From contig JAYZQJ010000001.1 in the NCBI GenBank assembly GCA_036149055.1, forward strand, positions 1-53,257: a stretch of DNA of 53,257 bases, read 5' to 3'. Position 1 is the first letter of the stretch. The number at the start of each line of letters is the position of its first letter. Position numbers and translations under genes: made by a program. Source of the stretch: Myxococcota bacterium (GTDB lineage: Bacteria; Myxococcota_A; Polyangia; Polyangiales; Sandaracinaceae). Below the pieces are notes generated by a model, which was not told where the DNA came from, ran no database searches, and was given only the letters and a program-made list of their open reading frames with translations. Below, in pieces: positions 18,296 to 26,907 of the stretch.

Positions 18296-19147
18296 TCACT
18301 CGATCAGCGCCCACGGGCGCCGGATGACCGCGCTCCGGTAGGCGCCGACCTCGGCGTCCTCGACGCGAACGAGCACCCCCTCGGCGTCCTCGGGCACCCG
18401 CTCGTGGAGCGGCATCAGCTCGTCGAGGCCGCACGGGAGCGCGGCCCGGGGGCAGCGCGCCCAGCCCGAGGGCGTGCGGGCCAGCGCGGCGAGTCGGCTC
18501 CGGGCGTGCTGCGCCCAGGCGGCGGCGAGCAGACCGGCCCACGCCACCCCGAGCGCGAGCCACGGCGGCCGTCCAGCGAGCAGGCAGACGCCAGCCACCG
18601 CCCCTCCGGCCACCGCGACGGTGAGCCCGACCGCCCAGCCGACTCGCGACGGGCTCGCGAGGGTCGGCCGGCGCCGCGCGAGGTGGAGCTCGGGGCCGGC
18701 GTAGGCGCAGCCGAGGCCGTAGAGGGCGCCGAGCGGGGCGCCGACGAAGAGCCCCAGCACGAGGCCGCTCACCCAGCCGGTGACGAGCGCCTCGAGCCAC
18801 CTGTCCGGGGCATGCCCCGCCAGGAGCAAGGTGCAGGTCACCGGGGCAGTGAGCCAGCCGGCGAGGGCGCAGTTGGCAACGAGATGCATGCGGACCCGCC
18901 AGCCGAGGCGCGAGTCCTGGGCCGGCTTGCGGATCCCCCGAGTGAGCGCGAGCGCGAACAGGCCCGCGATCGAGAGTCCGGCGGCCACCAGCAGCCCGCT
19001 GGATCCGAGCGCGGCCGTCACGCGCGGAGACGAGCCCAGCAGGAGGTCCACGATCACGGCGCCGAGCGCCCCGCCGGCGACGGCCAGCGCCAACGACCCG
19101 GCCCGGGTCGCGCGCCCGCCGCAGCCTCGCCTCGAGGGGGTCTTCAT
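18296..19147 (-). CDS. Multi-pass membrane protein, paralog of 19144-20025
   Basis: About six hydrophobic segments; LHLARRRPTL and C-terminal PLH...VLVRVE...GAYR shared with its neighbour. Confidence 0.7.
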   Translation of the reverse strand: MKTPSRRGCGGRATRAGSLALAVAGGALGAVIVDLLLGSSPRVTAALGSSGLLVAAGLSIAGLFALALTRGIRKPAQDSRLGWRVRMHLVANCALAGWLTAPVTCTLLLAGHAPDRWLEALVTGWVSGLVLGLFVGAPLGALYGLGCAYAGPELHLARRRPTLASPSRVGWAVGLTVAVAGGAVAGVCLLAGRPPWLALGVAWAGLLAAAWAQHARSRLAALARTPSGWARCPRAALPCGLDELMPLHERVPEDAEGVLVRVEDAEVGAYRSAVIRRPWALIE

Positions 19148-20025
19148 GCCGGCTCCGACCCCGGGGTGACGCCCGGTGTTCCCGGCGGCGCGTCCACCAG
19201 CGCCAGCGGGACCCGGAGATCGCCCCGCCGATAGGCGCCGCCCCCGCGCCCCTCGAGCCTCACGAGCACCTGACCCGGCGCGTCGCTCACCCCGTCATGC
19301 AGGGGGAGCACGCCGGCGAGCGCGTCCTCGAAGCTCGAGCGCGGCACGCGGGCCAGGCCCTCGGGGAGCGGCCCGTCCCACCGCATCAGTCGCCAGCGCG
19401 CGCGGCGCCCCGCCGCGGCCGCGACCCCGCCGGCCACCGACACCGCCGCGGCCCCGCCCGCGACCGCCACGTGGCCGCCCGCGGCCAGCGCGATCGTCAT
19501 CGCGAGCCCGGCGAAGCCGACCGTCGCGCCCACCGCGGCGGCGACGCCCGGCCCGGCGGTCAGGGTGGGGCGGACCCGGGCCGCGTGGAGCGCGCCCCCC
19601 ACCCACCGCGAGAGCAGGCCGCCGAAGAGCCCGACCGGGGCCGCGAAGAACGGCCCGAGGAAGGCCGCGCCGCAGACGAGCGCGACCGAGAGGCCAGCGT
19701 CCGCGACGCTCCGGTCTGCGGACCGGACCATGAGCTCTCCTGCGCCCAGCGCCGCCACCGCCACGAAGGCGCCCCAGGCGTAGAGGCCGCACGACCACAC
19801 GACGCGCTCGTCCAGGTCCGCGCTGTGCAGCAGCCCCCGGGCGCGCTCCGGCTGATCCGTCGCGGCCCAGATCGCGCGCGCGTAGAACGCGCCCACGACC
19901 ACCGCCGCGAGGAGCGCGGCCGGGTCGAAGCCCGCGGCCGAGAGCGTCCCCAGGCCGAGCAGCGTCGCGGTGGCCACGCCGAGCGCGGCGACGCCCCAGA
20001 CGGCTGGACGCGAAGATCGCTTCAC
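19144..20025 (-). CDS. Multi-pass membrane protein, paralog of 18296-19147
   Basis: GTG start (MKRSSRPAVWG); LHAARVRPTL; PLH...VLVRLE...GAYR; ATGA overlap with the downstream paralog. Confidence 0.7.
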   Translation of the reverse strand: MKRSSRPAVWGVAALGVATATLLGLGTLSAAGFDPAALLAAVVVGAFYARAIWAATDQPERARGLLHSADLDERVVWSCGLYAWGAFVAVAALGAGELMVRSADRSVADAGLSVALVCGAAFLGPFFAAPVGLFGGLLSRWVGGALHAARVRPTLTAGPGVAAAVGATVGFAGLAMTIALAAGGHVAVAGGAAAVSVAGGVAAAAGRRARWRLMRWDGPLPEGLARVPRSSFEDALAGVLPLHDGVSDAPGQVLVRLEGRGGGAYRRGDLRVPLALVDAPPGTPGVTPGSEPA

Positions 20026-20099
20026 GCGCTCAGCATGAAGGTTGGACCGACGTCTTTCCACCCCCGCCCTGGGCCTACCGCCCCCCTGCGCCCCTGGCC

Positions 20100-20126
20100 C
20101 TCTGCGTCTCGGCGCCTCTGCGAGAG
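20100..20126. repeat. Solo octamer-triplet intergenic motif related to the 46.6-46.8 kb inverted repeats
   Basis: CTCTGCGT-CTCGGCGC-CTCTGCGA-GAG versus CTTTGCGC-CTTGGCGG-CTTTGCGA-GAG at 46779. Confidence 0.55.
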
Positions 20127-20162
20127 ACAAATTGCGCCGACGCTCCCAGGTCGGGCTCGAAG

Positions 20163-21914
20163 TCAGCGCCCGGCCGGGAGGCCGCCCTTGCGCGGATCGC
20201 TGGCCGCGAGGATGCGGACCTCGCCGTCGTCGCCGCGGATCACGCGGATCACCTGCACCACCGCGGAGTGGTCGACGACCTCGAGCGCGTGGCCGCGGGC
20301 GGCGAGCGCGCGGGTCATCGCCTCGTCCATGCCCTCCTCGTAGCGGAGGGTGCGGGGGATGCCCTGGTGGTGCACCCGGCGCCGGGCGAGGGCCTCGCCG
20401 GGGGTGTCGCCGAAGAGCACGCTGAAGAGCGCGACCTGCTGGGTGGCGGTGATGATGCGGCTGCCGCCGGCCCCGCCGACGCAGAGGATCGGCTGGCCGC
20501 TCGGGTCGAACACGATCGTCGGCGACATGCTCGAGAGCGGGCGGCGTCCGGGCCCGGGCAGGTTCGGCGCGCCGCCGACGAGGCCGAAGGCGTTGGGCTC
20601 GCCGACCTCGCGGGCGAAGTCGTCCATCTCGTCGTTCATCACGATGCCGGCGGCGGTGAAGCGCGCACCGAACGGGAGGTTGACGGTGGTGGTGATCGCG
20701 GCGACGTTGCCCTCGCCGTCGACCACGCAGAGATGCGAGGTGCCGTGATCGCCGCCGGGCTGCGCGGGGCGGGTCTCGCGGCCGGCGATCGGCAGGTCGT
20801 AGTGCTCGGCGCGGCGGGCGAGCATCGGGTGGAAGAGCGCGGCGCGGGCGTCGGCGCGGGCGTCGGCGAGCAGCGCGTCGACCGGCACGTCGACGTGGTC
20901 GGTGTCGCCGAGGTAGTGGTGCCGGTCGGTGTAGGGGCCCTTCCAGCTCTCGGCGAGCGCGTGGCGGAACAGCGCGCTGTCGGCCTGGCGGTGGGGAGCC
21001 GGGAGCCAGCGCTCGAGCAGGGCGAGCGAGCTGAGCATGGTGACGCCCCCCGCGCTCGGCGGCGGCGAGGAGACGAAGCGGTGGCCGAAGAAGGTTCCGC
21101 TGACCGGCTCGCGCGCGCGCACCTCGTAGGCGGCGAGGTCCTCCATCGTCATGATCCCGCCGTGCTCGCGGACCCGCCGCACGATCTCGCGCGCGATGGC
21201 TCCCCGATAGAAGGGCTCGGCGCCGCGGGCCGCGAACTGCTCCAGGGTGCGGGCCTGGGCCGGGTTCCGCAGGGTGTGCCCGTCGGGGATGATGTCGCTG
21301 CCCTCGGGGAACCAGGTCGAGAAGACCGGATCGGCCCGCATCTCGTCCCCGATCCAGCGGGTGAAGCGCTCGAACGACGCGCTCGCCGGGAAGCCCTCGC
21401 GCGCGTGACGGATCGCGGGCGCCGCGATCTGGGCCCGGGTCACCTCGCCCGAGCCGAAGCGCTCGATGAGGGCCGCGATGCCGGCCGGCTCGCCGGGCAC
21501 GCCGACCGCGAGGCCGCCGGCCCGGGAGCGGTTGGCGGCCTCTTGCTCGGTGTCGCCCTCGCGCCGCGCGAACATCTCCGCCGTCGCCGCGCCCGGCGCC
21601 TCCTCGCGGAAGTCGAGGAAGTGCACGCTCTGATCGCTCGCCCGGTAGTAGAGCGCGAAGCCGCCGCCCCCGAGCCCGCTCGACGCCGGGCTGACCACGC
21701 CCAGCGCGAGCATGGTCGCCGCCGCCGCGTCGGCCGCGTTGCCCCCGGCGGCCAGCACCTCCGCGCCGGCCCTCGAGGCGAGCGGATGATCCGCCGCCAC
21801 CGCGTACTCCCGATAGGCGCGCTCGGTCGACGGCTCGGCCGGCGCCTGCCCCAGCAACGTGAACGCGAGGGCGCAGACCGCGGCGACCCGTAGCAGGAAG
21901 GAGAGCCTCTTCAT
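20163..21914 (-). CDS. ggt: Gamma-glutamyltransferase
   Basis: Signal peptide; GGNAADAA, SGLGGGGF, DFREEAP, GVPG, autocleavage GTSHLCVVD, MNDEMDDF, PLSSMSPT, DPRKGG. Confidence 0.95.
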   Translation of the reverse strand: MKRLSFLLRVAAVCALAFTLLGQAPAEPSTERAYREYAVAADHPLASRAGAEVLAAGGNAADAAAATMLALGVVSPASSGLGGGGFALYYRASDQSVHFLDFREEAPGAATAEMFARREGDTEQEAANRSRAGGLAVGVPGEPAGIAALIERFGSGEVTRAQIAAPAIRHAREGFPASASFERFTRWIGDEMRADPVFSTWFPEGSDIIPDGHTLRNPAQARTLEQFAARGAEPFYRGAIAREIVRRVREHGGIMTMEDLAAYEVRAREPVSGTFFGHRFVSSPPPSAGGVTMLSSLALLERWLPAPHRQADSALFRHALAESWKGPYTDRHHYLGDTDHVDVPVDALLADARADARAALFHPMLARRAEHYDLPIAGRETRPAQPGGDHGTSHLCVVDGEGNVAAITTTVNLPFGARFTAAGIVMNDEMDDFAREVGEPNAFGLVGGAPNLPGPGRRPLSSMSPTIVFDPSGQPILCVGGAGGSRIITATQQVALFSVLFGDTPGEALARRRVHHQGIPRTLRYEEGMDEAMTRALAARGHALEVVDHSAVVQVIRVIRGDDGEVRILAASDPRKGGLPAGR

Positions 21915-22040
21915 CGAGGCGACCTTGCCGCCTTCCCCCTTCGTCCGCCACCCCCCTCCCGGGCTGTCGGAAGCTCGAGCGGGAAGCTCGGACCGGCCGC
22001 TACTCGGTCCCGGCCCCGGCAGCGGCCTACTCGCCGGAAT

Positions 22041-22570
22041 GGAGGAAGGTGGTCGGTCCCAGTTCCCTCCTCGCTTCCACCCTTCCTCGCTTCCTGGGAG
22101 TGGCTGGGGTCGAGCGGAGCGGCGGCCCGGTAGCCGGTGGCCGGTCATCGTGGCGGGCCGGTCGGTCCCAGTTCCCTCCTCGCTTCCACCCTTCCTCGCT
22201 TCCTGGGAGTGGCTGGGGCCGAGCGGAGCGGCGGCCCGGTAGCCGGTGGCCGGTCCATCGTGGCGGGCCGGTCGGTCCCAGTTCCCTCCTCGCTTCCACC
22301 CTTCCTCGCTTCCTGCGAGTGGCTGGGGCCGAGCCGAGCGGCGGCCGGTGGCCGGCGGCCGGTCACCCTGGCGGACGTTCCCCTCGCCTCCTCGCTTCCA
22401 CCCTTCCTCGCTTCCTGCGAGTGGCTGGGGCCGAGCGGAGGCGGCGGCCGGGTAGCCGGTGGCCGGTCACTCTGGCGGACCGTTCCCCTCTCGCCTCCTC
22501 GCTTCCCCCCTTCCTCGCTTCCTGGGAGTGGCTGGGGCCGAGGCGAGCGGGGATGCCCGGAGGAAGGTGG
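22041..22570. repeat. Non-coding tandem array of five ~102-110-bp units bounded by a 12-bp direct repeat
   Basis: Core CCTCCTCGCTTCCACCCTTCCTCGCTTCCTG(G/C)GAGTGGCTGGGG(C/T)CGAG starts at about 22066, 22175, 22285, 22387 and 22494; GGAGGAAGGTGG at 22041-22052 and 22559-22570. Confidence 0.92.
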
Positions 22571-22702
22571 CTACTCCAAGAGCCGGTGCGTCCAGAATAT
22601 GAACGGTGTGATCGGGTCGAGTTGGCACGGAATGGGGGAGGTGCGCAGGGATCGTGCGATCGGGAGTCCGCAGCTGTCCGTCGGTTGCGCTGTGCAAGGA
22701 GC

Positions 22703-22717
22703 GGGCACGGTAGCTGC
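22703..22717 (+). promoter_or_regulatory. Possible sigma54 promoter of the amidase gene
   Basis: GGGCACG-GTAG-CTGC with GG-N10-GC spacing, about 33 nt upstream of the ATG. Confidence 0.35.
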
Positions 22718-22749
22718 GAAGGAGACCCGTCGAGTTGGAGCGACGGGAC

Positions 22750-24324
22750 ATGACAAACACGACGAAGACGATCGCGATGATGCTGGCGCTGACCGGATGC
22801 ACGGGTCAGCTGGGGGCGAGCGAGGAGGAGCTGGGCCACGACTCGCACGAGATGCGGGTGTCCCCCTCGGAGCTGACCGAGGGCTGGCGCCGGGACGGCG
22901 AGTGGCTCGTGTCGCCGACGCTCGAGGCGCCCGACGGGGCGAGCCGGGTCGGCGTCTACCTCGCGCTGACCGAGGAGGGGGAGCTGCCGGCGCTCGAGGC
23001 GCGACCGCTGCTCGGCGATGAGCCCGTCGGGGAGTGGGTGCGGGTCGACGCGACCTGGAGCGAGGTCGACCACCACGTGGGCGTGGCCGAGCTCGGCACC
23101 ATCGGCGACGGCGCGGAGCTGCGGATCGCGGCGAGCGCGGCGGACCGGCTCGCGCTCTTCCGCTGGAACGCGGTGATCCCCGAGGAGGCGATCCCGATGA
23201 GCCTCGACGAGGGCGACGTGGGCGCGAGCAGCGAGGCGCTCCGGAGCGAGCTCTCGGGCATGGGCATCGTGACCCGCTCGGCCTGGGGCGCGCGGGCCAC
23301 CCGCTGCACCAGCCGCAACGCCAGCAAGTCCCGCATGGCCATCCACCACACCGTCACCCCGAGCGCCAACCCCGAGCGTCAGATGCGCGGCATCCAGCGC
23401 TTCCACATGGACTCGCGCGGCTGGTGTGACGTCGGCTACCACTTCCTGATCGGCCAGGACGGCCGGATCTACGAGGGGCGCCCGCTGCACCTGCTCGGCG
23501 CGCACGTCGGGGGGCACAACACGGGCAACATCGGGATCAGCTTCATCGGCTGCTACCACTCGAGCGGCTGCAACACGTCGACCTACGGGCCCAACCGCCC
23601 GAACGACGCGTCGATCCGGGCCGCCGGTCGTCTGGTGGGCCGCCTGTCGAGCCTCTACGGCATCGCGATCAACACCAGCAACGTGAAGGGGCACCGCGAC
23701 CACAGCGGGCAGGGCACGAGCTGCCCGGGAGACCACCTCCGCTCGCGGCTCGGGGACATCCGCTCGATCGGCCGCAGCGGCGGCGGCGGGAGCACGCCCC
23801 CTCCGAGCGGCGGCGGCAGCTGCACCCACAGCCTGGGCGGCAACTACGCGAACCAGGCCTGCAGCGCGGGCTGGCAGTGCTGCGACGGCCGGTGGGGCAG
23901 CCGCGGCTCGTGCGGCAGCTGCCTCTGCGTCGAGGAGAGCGGCACCACCGGCTGCACCCGCGCCGGCGGCGGCTCGACCCCGACGCCGCCCCCGGGCGCG
24001 AGCTGCACCCACAGCTACGGCGGCCGCTACGTCAACACCGCGTGCAGCGCGAGCTGGCAGTGCTGCGACGGCCGGTGGGGCAGCCGGGGCTCGTGTGGCA
24101 GCTGCTTCTGCACCGAGGAGAGCGGCCGGAGCGGGTGCAGCAGCCCGAGCGGCCCGCCCCCGCCCCCGCCCGGCGCGAGCTGCACCCACAGCTACGGCGG
24201 CCGCTACGCGAACACCGCGTGCAGCGCGAGTTGGCAGTGCTGCGATGGCCGGTGGGGCAGCCGGGGGTCGTGCGGGAGCTGCTACTGCACCGAGGAGAGC
24301 GGCCGGAGCGGCTGCGGGGCCTAG
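22750..24324 (+). CDS. PGRP-type N-acetylmuramoyl-L-alanine amidase lipoprotein with three C-terminal 8-Cys repeats
   Basis: Lipobox LTGC; IVTRSAWGA, IHHT, GWCDVGYHF, IYEGR, GAHV, GHRD, TSCPG (Zn ligands His/His/Cys intact). Confidence 0.9.
   Translation: MTNTTKTIAMMLALTGCTGQLGASEEELGHDSHEMRVSPSELTEGWRRDGEWLVSPTLEAPDGASRVGVYLALTEEGELPALEARPLLGDEPVGEWVRVDATWSEVDHHVGVAELGTIGDGAELRIAASAADRLALFRWNAVIPEEAIPMSLDEGDVGASSEALRSELSGMGIVTRSAWGARATRCTSRNASKSRMAIHHTVTPSANPERQMRGIQRFHMDSRGWCDVGYHFLIGQDGRIYEGRPLHLLGAHVGGHNTGNIGISFIGCYHSSGCNTSTYGPNRPNDASIRAAGRLVGRLSSLYGIAINTSNVKGHRDHSGQGTSCPGDHLRSRLGDIRSIGRSGGGGSTPPPSGGGSCTHSLGGNYANQACSAGWQCCDGRWGSRGSCGSCLCVEESGTTGCTRAGGGSTPTPPPGASCTHSYGGRYVNTACSASWQCCDGRWGSRGSCGSCFCTEESGRSGCSSPSGPPPPPPGASCTHSYGGRYANTACSASWQCCDGRWGSRGSCGSCYCTEESGRSGCGA
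23821..24315 (+). repeat. Three intragenic 135-bp repeats (period about 180 bp) encoding a 45-aa Cys-rich module
   Basis: CTHS(L/Y)GG.Y.N.ACSA.WQCCDGRWGSRGSCGSC.C.EESG..GC at 23821, 24004 and 24181, with Pro/Gly linkers. Confidence 0.9.
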
Positions 24325-24333
24325 ACCGCCCCT

Positions 24334-24697
24334 GGACGGAGTTTCCTTGTTTCCCAACGATCCTCCCGGGCCGCTCGCTGACCTCGGAAGGTGACACCGG
24401 GACGGAGTTTCTTTGTTTCCCAACCGTCCGCCCGAGCCTGGCGGTGGCACGATCGGGACGCCGGGGCTCGGCGAAGCGCCCGGGGGCTCCACTTCTGCTG
24501 GCCGGAACCAACCGCAGCCCAACTCGGCAACTAGGAAACTCCGTCCCGGCGTCCTGATGCGGGGATGAGCCGACGCCTCGCGGCCGCGTTGGGCAACAAG
24601 GAAACACCGTCCCCGTGCCCCTATCGGCGGCCAGTGAGGGACCCGCGGGGCGTGTAGGCGAGTGAACTACGTAAGTTCACAAGTTCACTCCGTCCCC
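24334..24697. repeat. REP/BIME-like cluster: two direct and two inverted 25-bp copies plus a variant half copy
   Basis: GGACGGAGTTTC(C/T)TTGTTTCCCAAC at 24334 and 24400; inverted copies at about 24523-24546 and 24588-24612; GTGAACT-N5-AGTTCAC palindrome and CTCCGTCCCC near 24662-24697. Confidence 0.85.
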
Positions 24698-24711
24698 TCT
24701 CGGCCGGGTCC

Positions 24712-25710
24712 CTATCGGCCCGACCAGGCGAGGGCGACGGCGCGGTGGGTGTCGGGGATGGCGTAGAGGAGCTCGCACTCGCCGCGGCGGGTGATGCGGT
24801 AGAGGAAGCCTTGCTCGTCGCTGCCGCCTTCGAGCTCGCCGTCGACGAGCACGAGGGCGGCGTCGCCGTCCTGGGCGACGGCGATGTAGTCCGCGTCGGC
24901 TTCGGGGAGCGGGGTGCCGGCGAAGGCGGGCCACTGGCAGTGCACGGGGCCGAGGAAGGCTTCGGGCAGGCCGGGGCTCCACCAGGAGACGCCGTCGTGC
25001 TGGGCGACGACGACCTGCCCGCCGACGACGTCGGCGTCGTTCGGGGCGCCGGGGGTCAGGGCGACCTGGAGCTCGCCGGTGGTGGAGGGCTCCGCGCCGC
25101 CGGGGTCGAGGCGGTACTCCTGCAGGCCGTCGTACTCGACCTGCGCGAAGCGCGCGGCCTGGCCGCTCGGGGCCGGGGCGACGACCTTGTCCTCCCAGTC
25201 CGCGTCGTAGGTGCCGATGAGCGAGAGGTCGCTCAGCCGGTAGAGCTCGAGGGCCTCGCCGCTGTCGCTGCTCGAGCTCGCCGAGCCCCAGAGGATCGCG
25301 AGCGCGCCGCCCTCGATGGCCACCTCCGAGATCGAGATCGGGCGGTAGGAGTCGCTCTCGACCCGGGCGACCTCACGGTCGCCGTCGAAGATCACCACCG
25401 CCCCGGAGCCGCCGCGGCCGCCGCTGAAGCCGACCGCGTCCCGGCCGTCGCTCAGGCCGCCCACCTCGACGAGCGCGCCCCAGTCCTCGTCGGGGAGGCT
25501 GATCCCGCGGCAGGGCTGGAGGCTCGCGTCGAAGCGGAGCAGCGCCGGCTCGGCGCCCGAGGTGCGCAGGTGGAGGCCCATCGCGAGGTGAGGGCCGGCC
25601 GGGCACTCCGAGACCCGGGTCGGGTCGGTCGGGTTGGCGCGCATGACCGGGTCCCGGCGGCAGCCGGGGAGGGCCACGATCATCAGGGCGAGCGGGACGA
25701 CCCAGCGCAT
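24712..25710 (-). CDS. Lipoprotein (probable beta-propeller), paralog of the divergent neighbour
   Basis: Lipobox LPGC; CPAGPHL...LLRFD...C, HDGVSWWSPG, RGECELL. Confidence 0.75.
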   Translation of the reverse strand: MRWVVPLALMIVALPGCRRDPVMRANPTDPTRVSECPAGPHLAMGLHLRTSGAEPALLRFDASLQPCRGISLPDEDWGALVEVGGLSDGRDAVGFSGGRGGSGAVVIFDGDREVARVESDSYRPISISEVAIEGGALAILWGSASSSSDSGEALELYRLSDLSLIGTYDADWEDKVVAPAPSGQAARFAQVEYDGLQEYRLDPGGAEPSTTGELQVALTPGAPNDADVVGGQVVVAQHDGVSWWSPGLPEAFLGPVHCQWPAFAGTPLPEADADYIAVAQDGDAALVLVDGELEGGSDEQGFLYRITRRGECELLYAIPDTHRAVALAWSGR

Positions 25711-25741
25711 GGAACCGACGGTGATGCAGCCGCGCTCCCGC

Positions 25742-25755
25742 TTCAAGCGCTTGAA
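25742..25755. promoter_or_regulatory. Perfect 14-bp palindrome between divergent genes (operator candidate)
   Basis: TTCAAGCGCTTGAA within the 84-bp divergent gap. Confidence 0.4.
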
Positions 25756-25794
25756 CGCGCGGGGAAGGCAGCATACGAACGAGGCGTACCGGTG

Positions 25795-26859
25795 ATGGTG
25801 AGACGCGCGCACAGCTCGACCTACGCTCTCGCGCTGGTTTTTTCCCTGCTCGCGGCCGGCTGCCTCCCGGATCTCGACGCCTACACCATCGTCGCGCGCG
25901 GCCAGGACGGCGCGCCGCCCCCCACCGACGGGGGGACCGGCACCCCGAACCCGATCGATCTCGGCGCGCCCTGCGGTGACCCGCACCTGCTGGTCGCCAC
26001 CGTCACCGGCACCAGCGGCGAGGCCCGCGCGATCCGCTGGGACGTGGCCGCGGGCGCCTACTGCCGCGCGACCCCGAGCCTCGAGCGGCAGCGCGCCTTC
26101 GGCTGGGCGATCCGCGACGTCGACTGGCACCCCGAGACCGGCGACCTGCTCGGCCTCGACGACGCGGTGGTCGCGCTCGACGACCAGGGTTTCCTCGGCT
26201 GGCGCCACCAGCCCTTCGACGACTCGGCCTTCTCGGGCAGCTGGGTGGTGGCCCTCGGCAGCGGGCCGTCGCTCCGGGTCGCCGCGTTCTGGACCGAGCG
26301 CAGCAGCAGCTCGCTCGAGTACGGGCGCCTCCTCGACGCGAACGGCTTCGTCACCAACGAGCGCTTCGAGATGCCGTTCTCGCACTCGCGCATCGTCACC
26401 GCGCACCCGTCGGGCGACGGCCGCCTGCTCATCGCCAGCGGCGGGCCGATCTTCGCCATCTCGGTCGGCGACGGGACCGAGCGGCTGCGCGAGGCCGACG
26501 GCGTCGACCTCTTCCCGGGCATGAGCCCGAGCTTCAACGACCTCGCCGGCAGCCGGAACCACCTCGACACCGACGTGGCCACCCGCCGGGTCTCGATGGC
26601 CCACGACCGGGGGGTGCTGCTCTGGACCCTCGGCGATCCGCCGCCGAGCAGCCTCTTCACCTGCCCGAGCCTCTGCGAGTCCTACGAGATCGCCACCCCG
26701 GGCCCGGGCGACGAGGTCTTCTCGATCTGCGATCCGCCCGGCAGCAGCGACCGCCACCTGGTCCACATGACCCGCGGGAGCTGCGAGCTGCTCATCGACG
26801 GCACGTCCCTCGGCAGCCACGATCTGCAGGACGTGACCCTGGTCCGCGAGGCCCGGTAG
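25795..26859 (+). CDS. Lipoprotein (probable beta-propeller), paralog of the divergent neighbour
   Basis: Lipobox AAGC; CGDPHL...AIRWD...C, HDRGVLLWTLG, RGSCELL. Confidence 0.75.
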   Translation: MVRRAHSSTYALALVFSLLAAGCLPDLDAYTIVARGQDGAPPPTDGGTGTPNPIDLGAPCGDPHLLVATVTGTSGEARAIRWDVAAGAYCRATPSLERQRAFGWAIRDVDWHPETGDLLGLDDAVVALDDQGFLGWRHQPFDDSAFSGSWVVALGSGPSLRVAAFWTERSSSSLEYGRLLDANGFVTNERFEMPFSHSRIVTAHPSGDGRLLIASGGPIFAISVGDGTERLREADGVDLFPGMSPSFNDLAGSRNHLDTDVATRRVSMAHDRGVLLWTLGDPPPSSLFTCPSLCESYEIATPGPGDEVFSICDPPGSSDRHLVHMTRGSCELLIDGTSLGSHDLQDVTLVREAR

Positions 26860-26907
26860 GCGCGGCGGCTTGCCAGGCGGGTGGTTCGTGCCCCATGAGA
26901 AGGCGGC

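Noticed and set aside
22041..22570. CRISPR interpretation of the tandem array
   Set aside because: The segments between cores are homologous to each other rather than unique spacers, the period is about 107 bp, and there are no cas genes in the window.
22622..22640. sigma54 promoter at TTGGCACG
   Set aside because: The -24 box is good but there is no GC at the -12 position (GAAT-GGGG).
22049..23021. ORFs spanning the array (22049-22753, 22137-23021 and others)
   Set aside because: Most unit lengths are not multiples of 3, the same peptides recur in different frames, and codon bias is absent.
23821..24315. Diversity-generating retroelement template/variable repeat pair
   Set aside because: All copies are in-frame coding modules, differences are mostly synonymous and not adenine-specific, and no reverse transcriptase is present.
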